Shown here in pieces: positions 56,026 through 64,000 of a DNA stretch of 64,000 nucleotides. How positions within the stretch are numbered: position 1 is the first letter of the stretch; each line of letters opens with the position of its first letter. The stretch lies in the NCBI GenBank assembly GCA_051294375.1, contig CM119269.1, positions 3,912,302-3,976,301 of the forward strand, in the 5' to 3' direction. Made by a program: the position numbers and the translations under genes. Source of the stretch: Paraspadella gotoi. Taxonomy: Eukaryota; Animalia; Chaetognatha. A model generated the notes under the pieces. The model was not told where the DNA came from. It saw only the letters and a program-made list of their open reading frames with translations, and did no database searches.

Positions 56026-58080
56026 TAAAGGAGCTTAAATATTTTCTTGACACGAGTATATTTGAATCGAAGATTCAGACGAGTCGCCAGAAAGCAATAT
56101 TATTGGTGTCTTCTGTAATTTTTTTTAAAAAGTGCCATATGAGTTAAAACAGGGTGCGAAATAAATACGTTGGTTTCGCGGATGGCAAAACACAAAATGC
56201 AAAAACCAAAGCCCTCTTATTAATTAACAGGCTCGAAACTGCACTACACATTCTTAATCCAAAACCTAACATGCACTTTTTACCGTGTTAATTCCTCAAA
56301 ATCTATTAATGAACTTGAACGAAAAAAATGCAAGGAATGGATTATTCAAAAACTTGGCATAAAATACAAAGTTCAGTCTTCTTATACATTTATTGTACAA
56401 TAGATACGCTACGGATACGACCGAGATACCAAGTTTCAAACGCACACTATCTGCAAATATAGGGTACCAACCTACCATTATCGCGCTCTATAATAACCCC
56501 TAAAACGTTATAAATTAACAAAATTTATTTATGAAGCTTTACTTCCTTTTACTTTTAGTAAAAACTTTAGAAATACTAACAATTATTCTTTAAAAAAAAA
56601 CCCAAAAAACAAAAGACACCTGAGTTGCGCCGTGGAGCCTAAAAACTCCGTCCGTGCGTTAGCCTGCTTCACCGTCGCCGTGGTGTAAGGGATGTCGGGT
56701 TCGATCTCGTCCCACCAGATGTCCTGCTCTACCGGCGGGTTGTTGCAGTACATTTCGTCGACAGCTGAACATCGCGGTTGGAGAAATTGAAGGGAAAAGA
56801 GTAAACAAAGGAATTAAAAAAGAAGGAAAAGAATAAATTTAAATAAAAAAAATGTTAAATTTACGTAAAAAGAAAAGAAAGCATAGTTACCAAGATACGA
56901 GACTTGTATGTTTCTGTCGATGAGCCAGTTCGAATCGAAGTCGTCGTCATCTTCTCCGAAAGGATTCATCAGTTGCTCCGCCACCTCATTAACGAAAACA
57001 TAAATACTTATTATTGTCACATTAAGCCCATAAATGTCACAAGAAGCACCGTGACAAATATTATCAATTTTAGTATCTCATGTCAAATTGTCAATGACCC
57101 AACCAATTACTTCGAAGATGTCATCATACCCTGCCTATATAAAATAACGAATCGATCTAAAACCAACCAATGAAACGGCTAAACTTACCTTAACCCAGCC
57201 CATGTAGAAGATGAACTGAAGGATGGTGAAGACGGGGACGTAGATGTCGACCTCGTGACCTTCGATTCCCTGCGACGGATCCAAACTCTGGCGAGAGATC
57301 AACGTCGTCAGGAAGAAGGTGTAAGTCACCAACGTCACCACCTGATTGGTCCGAGGTGAGGTTATATATATAACGTTATAATGTAGACCACTTTTTTTTT
57401 TGAAGCCTTGACTGAAACTGAAAGATTAAATAAGCCGACTTCAATAATTTGTAAAGTTTATTGCCACGTAACAAGGGTAATTTTCGCAGAAATTTACGAC
57501 GTCTCTGGGAACGGGTTGGGGGGAGGATGTTTGAGCACGAAATTTTCTCTTCTTAATAAACATTGAAATCGCTAATAAAAAGCACACAAATCAATCATCA
57601 AAAACGTTTATAATTTACAAATTGCTCAACCGGAACCACTATGACGACTACAACAACAACGACGAATCGGACCTGAGTGTAAACGAGAGGAGTTGAGATC
57701 CAATCGTAAGAGAAGAGACCGCCGCACCAACCGCGGAAATCCTCCAGACCGTTGAGGATGAGATGCAGATTCATGTCGCTGTCGATTCTAAGGGATTATG
57801 GAAGATTGGAGATTGGAGTCGGTTCCATAATTTCTTTAAGCATCAAGCGGCTTCACTAATTTCTTGTGGTTATAAATTTATTGATCATTTGATTTACTGA
57901 TTAATTGATTGATTGATGGATTGATTGATCGATGGATCCGTTTGGCGAGTCGGACCAACCTGTTCTCTTTCCTCGCTTGAACGGCCAGCGTTGAGAACCA
58001 CATGAGTGGGATCCAATATTTGTTGTGTTGAGAATGCAATTCCTCCTCGTAAATTTTTTTCTCTCGCGGAGTCATTATGC
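50310..58080 (-). CDS. BEST: Bestrophin Ca2+-activated anion channel, 3' part (5' exons not found in window)
   Basis: Core exons 58080-57960, 57787-57673, 57341-57189, 56984-56891, 56764-56620 give [53 protein letters not shown] and FLGST, all bestrophin signatures. Phase-compatible tail exons are 55511-55406, 55321-55225, 55009-54860, 54721-54602, 54326-54288, 53731-53643, 53435-53327, 52797-52738, 52666-52569, 52491-51094, 50836-50656, 50497-50310. Confidence 0.9.
50656..50836 (-). CDS. BEST: Bestrophin tail exon (predicted)
   Basis: [46 protein letters not shown], gtgag donor. Confidence 0.7.
51094..52491 (-). CDS. BEST: Large Ser/Pro/Thr/Ala/Gln-rich exon (466 codons), assigned to the bestrophin tail
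   Basis: Long GC-rich open frame between a tttctag acceptor and a gtagga donor, phase-compatible with neighbouring exons. Confidence 0.8.
52569..52666 (-). CDS. BEST: Bestrophin tail exon (predicted)
   Basis: [32 protein letters not shown], phase 1-0. Confidence 0.65.
52738..52797 (-). CDS. BEST: Bestrophin tail exon (predicted)
   Basis: [19 protein letters not shown], gtaagt donor, phase 1-1. Confidence 0.65.
52930..53093. repeat. AT-rich inverted repeat (MITE-like hairpin) in a bestrophin intron
   Basis: tgaagaataacatcgatgaggttaacacatatatttttaaagaaa ... tttctttaaaaatatatgtgtttacctcat..atcgatattattcttca. Confidence 0.7.
53327..53435 (-). CDS. BEST: Bestrophin tail exon (predicted)
   Basis: [36 protein letters not shown], phase 0-1. 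Confidence 0.6.
53643..53731 (-). CDS. BEST: Bestrophin tail exon (predicted)
   Basis: [29 protein letters not shown], a GC-rich island with AG/GT flanks. Confidence 0.65.
54288..54326 (-). CDS. BEST: Bestrophin tail mini-exon (predicted, 39 nt)
   Basis: [12 protein letters not shown], with a pyrimidine tract and AG acceptor and a gtaat donor, phase 1-1. Confidence 0.5.
54415..54520 (+). repeat. Dispersed repeat, family A
   Basis: gtcattatcttg..gaggccttaaaccacc..ggcaagatagcttatttattaaatgaat..gtaccaac. Confidence 0.8.
54602..54721 (-). CDS. BEST: Bestrophin tail exon (predicted)
   Basis: [39 protein letters not shown], phase 1-1, weak acceptor. Confidence 0.45.
54860..55009 (-). CDS. BEST: Bestrophin tail exon (predicted)
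   Basis: [49 protein letters not shown], phase 1-1. Confidence 0.6.
55225..55321 (-). CDS. BEST: Bestrophin tail exon (predicted)
   Basis: [32 protein letters not shown], phase 0-1. Confidence 0.6.
55406..55511 (-). CDS. BEST: Bestrophin tail exon
   Basis: [35 protein letters not shown]. The donor would be non-canonical GC. Confidence 0.7.
55697..55801 (-). repeat. Dispersed ~105-bp repeat, family B
   Basis: Reverse-complement match to 44697-44800, lying in a bestrophin intron. Confidence 0.75.
56620..56764 (-). CDS. BEST: Bestrophin core exon
   Basis: [36 protein letters not shown]. Confidence 0.93.
56891..56984 (-). CDS. BEST: Bestrophin core exon (Ca2+ clasp)
   Basis: [31 protein letters not shown]. 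Confidence 0.96.
57189..57341 (-). CDS. BEST: Bestrophin core exon (transmembrane segments)
   Basis: [42 protein letters not shown]. Confidence 0.95.
57673..57787 (-). CDS. BEST: Bestrophin core exon
   Basis: [38 protein letters not shown]. Confidence 0.95.
57960..58080 (-). CDS. BEST: Bestrophin core exon
   Basis: [41 protein letters not shown] with AG/GT flanks. Confidence 0.93.
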
Positions 58081-58185
58081 CTGCCGGGTCAAGAAGAAGA
58101 ATAAAAGAAAAGATTAGTTTTTATTACATATTATTAGTTATTTTTTTTTTTTAGTATTATTACTATTTTTTTTATTGTTATTACG

Positions 58186-58235
<50 letters not shown>

Positions 58236-58484
58236 ATTTCCTTTTGATGAGTCAGCAAAAGTGAGATTCACTTATCACTCAAGAAAAGAGAAATCCATGA
58301 TTCACGGTTTTCAACATTCATTTTGTGATCTCACTCAATTTTTTCTCTTTATTTTTCTGTTCATCCAACATTTTTATGTTTTTACTCTTCGTTCAAAATT
58401 GAAGTTCTAGTGAAGTTTATATGTAGAAGTCATTCTGAGCAGGAATATTCTTCTTTTTTTTTTTGAGGATTCATTTGATACTTT

Positions 58485-58605
<121 letters not shown>

Positions 58606-59499
58606 CAAAATCAAGTCTCCCAAATCCAATTCACACTCGTGAACGGCGATAAATTCACCCGGTCTCCCATTTCAGGCGTGGGTGATGCTTTTTCTCCGCC
58701 TCGATGACTATAAATCCCTAATTTCATTCGTGAATATCGCAGTTCAAATTCAGCCTTCGATTTCATGGGTTTTTAAATCGAAATCTAAATGACGACATGA
58801 GACAAAACTCCTTTTTTTTCCCCTTTCTACTCGAAACACTGTGATAGCTGAGGATGAGCCATTTTTAACTGGGTGTTTTCTTTTAAATTTTTCAAGCCTG
58901 TGTCAGATCAGCTGAGACAATTTTTTGAAATTTCATTGCTCGTTTTAGTTTCGTAAATGAAAAAAGGAGAGAAAAAGAGAGAAAAAGATATAAAAAAAGA
59001 AAGGAAAAGAGAGAGAGAGATTGCAACAAATTCTGTCACCGAGCAATCCACTGTTGAATCATAGCCGTGATTTTAATCACGTGAATTTCAAACATAGAAA
59101 TAACCCGAAATGTTTATTTTTTTATCAAACGCCTAAAAAAAAGACGAATTTTAACCACAACTACCCGACGGGTGGCGCCGCCTTTATTAACATCCAAATT
59201 TGAGGCTTTTATTATCACAAAATTAAATATCATTTCACCAGACCTTGCCCTGTTCAAATAAAAGTTAGCTGATAGTTTGGTTTTGACTCCAATGATGATA
59301 AACAGAATTAATTTTGATCGTCTGTATTAATAGTACACATAATCATTGTGCCAACGATGATTACTAATAACAGTTATATTTATTTGGCATTATTTTGTTG
59401 TTTACGAAATGTGTTTACGTAAGGTTCAATGCCTCTGAGAGAAATAGAGGGAGATGGGAGAGACGAAGAGGAGAGGAGAGGCCTGTCGGTGGAGAAGAG

Positions 59500-59553
<54 letters not shown>

Positions 59554-59701
59554 ATGATAAATAGACAGACAAACAAACAGACAACAGATAGACATACAGA
59601 GAAAAAAAAAGAAAGAAAGAAAAGAAAGAAAGTAAGAAAAAGAAATAAAGAAAGAAAGAAAGAAGAAAGAAAGAAAGAAAGAAAGAAAGAGAAAGAAAGA
59701 T

Positions 59702-59740
<39 letters not shown>

Positions 59741-59791
59741 AAAGAGAGAGAGAAAAAAAGAAAGAAAAAGAAAAAAAAAAGAAAGAAAGAA

Positions 59792-59852
<61 letters not shown>

Positions 59853-59867
59853 AAGAAAAGAAAAAAA

Positions 59868-59904
<37 letters not shown>

Positions 59905-59929
59905 GAGTAGAGAGAAAAAAAGAAAGAAA

Positions 59930-59977
<48 letters not shown>

Positions 59978-60686
59978 CGAGAGGTGGTCCTCGGAAACGT
60001 AACAACCCAGGAGAGGCTCGAATTTACGAGATTTTGACGTCGAACTTTGATTACGTGATTATGTGACCTTCGGTTTGTGATAGAATCGTTAATGAGGCGA
60101 AGTCTGAATGAAGAAGCGACTGAGAGAGAAGAAGCGAAAGAAGAAAAACCGGAAAGTGAATGAAGAGAGAATCAAAAGAAAATAAAAAAAAAAGACTAAA
60201 GGTCAGCGAGAAAAAAAAAACCTTAATAAAATTTAAATTAAATCAAATTAAATTTATTAAAAAGGTGAATGAATCACAGATTGGAACTCTGACCCTCTCT
60301 TTTTTTTTTCACGAACGACCTCAGCGTGATTTGGCCCCCATGTTAAGTGGCCGAAATGTATGGGACTTTTATTCCTCGTTCGCTCTCTTGAATTGAATCA
60401 CGAAAGAGCGGAAGGAGGAAGGGGAAGGGTCGACTAGGGTTGTCGATATAGACGAGAGTTGACGTCCTGGATTCGGTCGTCGACGACGACGACAACGACG
60501 ACGATATCGACGACGAAGGCGGCATGGGATGAGAGAGAGAAAGGGGATGTCACGAAGGGATTTTGAATGGACGACGACGACGACGACGACGACTAAACTC
60601 GCCTCCATCTCATCCCCCGCGATTCGTGATCGAAAAAGCGGACGACCGGGGATTTCGTGCGACCTTCGAAACGCCGTCGAATCTTT

Positions 60687-60720
<34 letters not shown>

Positions 60721-61910
60721 GGGTCGTCGTTTGTCGTCGTCGGGGTCGTCGATCACTGGACGAACGGACATCAACGTCATCTCCGACATCGTCATCGTGA
60801 AAACTTTCGTCGTCAAAATCCTAAAATTAATAAAATTTGGAAAAAAATTCATCGGGGAGAAAAAAGTCGTCGATCGTCAACGGGAAAAACTTCGTCGCGA
60901 AAAAAAAAAGAGGAAATTCTGTTAACGAAAAAAAAAAAGTATCACAAACGACTCTTTTTTTTTATTATCACACTTTTTCCGGGCGCGATTCACAATAAAT
61001 CCGTGAATCCCCGAGAATCCGAGTGGTTTTTTCTCACTTAGGGGACCGACGGAGTCAGTCGCCATCACCGCGAGTCTGAGTCAGCATCGACAGAGAGAGA
61101 GAGAGTGGCCCCATCGTCCAGTGTGCGTCGATTTCCAAAAAAAAAAATCGATTTACCTTCTATCGCATCGTTAAGCCTTTATTAAGGGGATGCGTGTTTA
61201 TATCATTTTTTTTTTAAAGTTAAATTAATGATTTTATCAAGCGGTTTTTTCTTTTTTCAAATGTTCGCCGGGTAAAAAAAAATAGCATTGGGATTTTCTC
61301 ACTCTTGTTTCTTGATCAAATATTTTCACCGAGAAACATTCTGGATTGATTTTTTAAAATATATTAAAAAAATAAATTTCATTCAAAAAAATATTAAGCT
61401 TTTGGTATTTGACGCACCGTGATGGGCGGCGATAGCACCTTAGCCCCGTAGCACCATAGCGTCCGCACGGGAGGAGGGAGACGGAAAAGTTTTAACGAGG
61501 ATCACGATCAAGCAGCCGATTCACCGTCTTAGAAGTGATCGACATCATTTCTCCAAAGTCACCGAGCGGCTTCGAAGTGATTGTCATCATTTCTCCAAAT
61601 TGATTCTTTTCATAGTTTCATTTTCCGCGCGCGATTTAAAAAAAAAAAAGATCATTCTGTAAAGTGACTTCCGTCGGTTTTCATCGTAAAAAAGTTCATC
61701 ATTCCGTAACATCTTCGCCGACAACATCTAAACATAACCGACTGAATTTAAAGCCAACAAGAAAGATCCAGCCTCTTCGAGCCATCCCACCGCAAGGCCG
61801 ACGTTCCCAACCGACATAGAGGCCCGACCGCCACCCCGACCGCCACCCCGACCGCCACCCCGACCGCAACCCCGACGACGACGACGGCGACGACCAAGAC
61901 CGAAATCACG

Positions 61911-63995
61911 ATGTCGGACAGGATGTTCGCCACGCGCTCGTCCGCGTTGGCCAACAACATCCTTCGGGACAAGAAGTATTCCGATTCGGAACTCGTCTCC
62001 AAACTCGTCGACGAGAATAAGAAGCGGAGGAAGAGATTCGCCGGTGATTGGATTTGGAGGGTTGGATGGGGATGTGGAGCGAGGGAGAGTTGGATAAGAT
62101 TGTATATGGGAAAAGTAGATTGGAAGAGGACTGAGACTAGGATTAGTTGGAACTACTATCTAGGAAAAAAGTATATCACATTTTTAGTGGCGGGGCTGAA
62201 AAAAATTGCGGTAATGGTGTGGAAAAACATTTTACCGTCATACCTCAATTCGCTGTACGAGAGCATGCCCAGATGAATGCAGGCAGTAGTGGATGCCGAG
62301 GGAGGGCACACCAAATATTGAGAATGTTTTACCCATGTTTTGTATATTTTTTTTTAATATATGAACTTTTAAACAATTATGTGATATACTTTTTTTCCTA
62401 GATAGTAGTTGATTGGATGAGTGGAAGTAGATGAGGTTAATTGGTTTCGGACACTGGCTTTGGGTTTATTCCGCATAGTTGATAATTTTTAAAAAAAACA
62501 TTTTTTTAAGAAATCCGGACAGCCCGACAGAGAGCCATGGACGAGCTGGGTAGAATGTCGGGACACCTGAAGGATTTGAAGGAAAAGGTTTGTCAATAAA
62601 TTAGAAAATAATAAATAAATTAGATAATAAATAAATAAATAAATATTTCAATAAATTAGAAATCATACCCCGGAATCATTTTTATCGAAAGTTAAAATCG
62701 TACTCAAATGAAATTATTTATAACAGTTGGACAACGTGGACAGAACTTTGTCTTCTGTAGAAGATCACGATGACAAACCCTTCTCCAGAGCCTATGATCA
62801 GTACAACAGAGGTGAGTTGTTCAACATACAAAAATATGCAGTATGCAAATGAGGTTTTAAGCCAATATTCTCTCTCTCCACCCGTCCACCGTCAGGTTCG
62901 CCGCCGTCGACTCGTGTCCGATCCTCCAGCGACGGAAGTCGCGGCGCATCAATGCCAAAGTTCGTCCACGACTTCCCGGAGTCGGAGGACGAGGATCTCG
63001 GGAAGAAGATGGACGAGGAGATCGACGAGGAGATTGAGAAGTTGTTGAAGAAGGAATCGGGGAAGGTGGTGATGGGGTTGGCGGGGAAGGGGGGGAATGG
63101 GTCGTTGGAAAAGTGGGGAAGGAAGATTGGAAGTAATGGGATTAACTCAGAAAAGCTTGTTTATATTTACAATATACATCCAGCTTTTATAGATGGATAC
63201 GGGTGAGTAAATGAGAAAATGTTATGTTATGTTATGTTACGTTCTCCACAATCCTCCTAAGCACGAACCACGCTCGCGCAACCCATCGTCCAGAAGCGAA
63301 GCGTCGGCCTCCAAGAAATTCAAGACCCACACCTACTTGGTGGTGAAGCCGAAGGACGGGTCACCGCCGAAGGTCTACCAGGAAATCTCCTCCTTCGACG
63401 GGATTCCGGAATCGGTGGTGCAGACGGCAACGCCGGCGGCTTCCGCTGCTCCGTCGGCGGCGGCGTCGGCGGCAACCAAATCCGCGCCACCTCCGCCCAT
63501 GCCGGCGCCGAGAGCGGCGGCCGCCAAGGCTGCGGCGGCTGCGGCGATCGAGAGAAAGAAGAAACAAGCCGCGGCGGCTGCTGCGGGCGACGACGCTTAC
63601 GCCGAGATTCCGTTCATCGACGACGAAGAAGACGCAAATTACGTGGATTTTCGCGGAAAGTCGGAAGGGGGCGGGGCGTTGGAGAAGTCGCCCAGTGAGT
63701 GGGATGCCCGTCCGTCGGTGTCCGGCTGTCCGATACCATTAAAACTAAATAGAAAAACCTAACCTAAACTAAACTTTCCATCCAACCCTTCCTCGCCCCA
63801 GCGGTCGATCGGCGCCAGATACCCTTTCAGGCGGCGCGCCAACGCCTGGCATCAGCCTGGGCGCAGGAGGCGAAGGAGGCCTGGAAGCTGCGGAATCCGG
63901 AAACTGCGGCGCAGGAGGAAGCCGAGAACGCGCCGCCCGACGCCGTTGGAGTATCCGACTTTGAGACAGCGTCGGATCGCGGCGCCGATGCCGAG
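61911..63995 (+). CDS. Unidentified protein-coding gene (charged, coiled-coil-like and low-complexity), continues beyond the window
   Basis: Phase-compatible GC-rich exons 61911(or 61754)-62043, 62511-62587, 62727-62811, 62896-63065, 63262-63694, 63802-63995 with AG/GT flanks. Reads MSDRMFATRSSALANNILRDKKYSDSELVSKLVDENKKRRKRFAEIRTARQRAMDELGRMSGHLKDLKEKLDNV.. I do not recognise the family. Confidence 0.8.
62156..62405 (+). mobile_element. Non-autonomous Tc1/mariner deletion derivative (250 bp)
   Basis: TIRs ctatctaggaaaaaagtatatcacat / atgtgatatactttttttcctagatag, flanked by TA. The internal frame ..WKNILPSYLNSLYESMPR*MQAVVDAEGGHTKY* matches the Tc1 transposase C-terminus. Confidence 0.9.
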
Positions 63996-64000
63996 GTAAG

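Overview
This is animal (metazoan) genomic DNA from a draft assembly. It has AT-rich introns, GC/CpG-rich exons, many (GA)n, (GAC)n, (CTTT)n and (CATT)n microsatellites, N-gaps, and several patches with dense 1-nt indels that look like unpolished long-read gap fills. Nearly all six-frame ORFs are spurious. Reading splice sites by hand gives five intron-containing genes: (1) a PRDM14 orthologue (+, 17538-29345, 11 exons) with the pre-SET motif, PR/SET domain, six zinc fingers and a C-terminal extension; (2) a DGAT2/MOGAT-family acyltransferase (+, 32440-34864, 8 exons); (3) a divergent 377-aa actin (+, 40123-43621, 8 exons) with a CArG and TATA promoter; (4) the 3' part of a bestrophin (-, 58080-50310) with an ~880-aa low-complexity tail and no 5' exons visible in the window; (5) an unidentified + strand gene from ~61.8 kb running off the end, possibly nested antisense in a bestrophin intron. 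Mobile and repeat DNA includes a 250-bp Tc1 deletion derivative, two Helentron/HINE-like copies, a foldback minisatellite element, two short dispersed repeat families, and Penelope-type minimal hammerhead ribozyme motifs. No rRNA, tRNA or CRISPR array was seen. All calls come from manual reading and recalled family motifs; no database searches were run.
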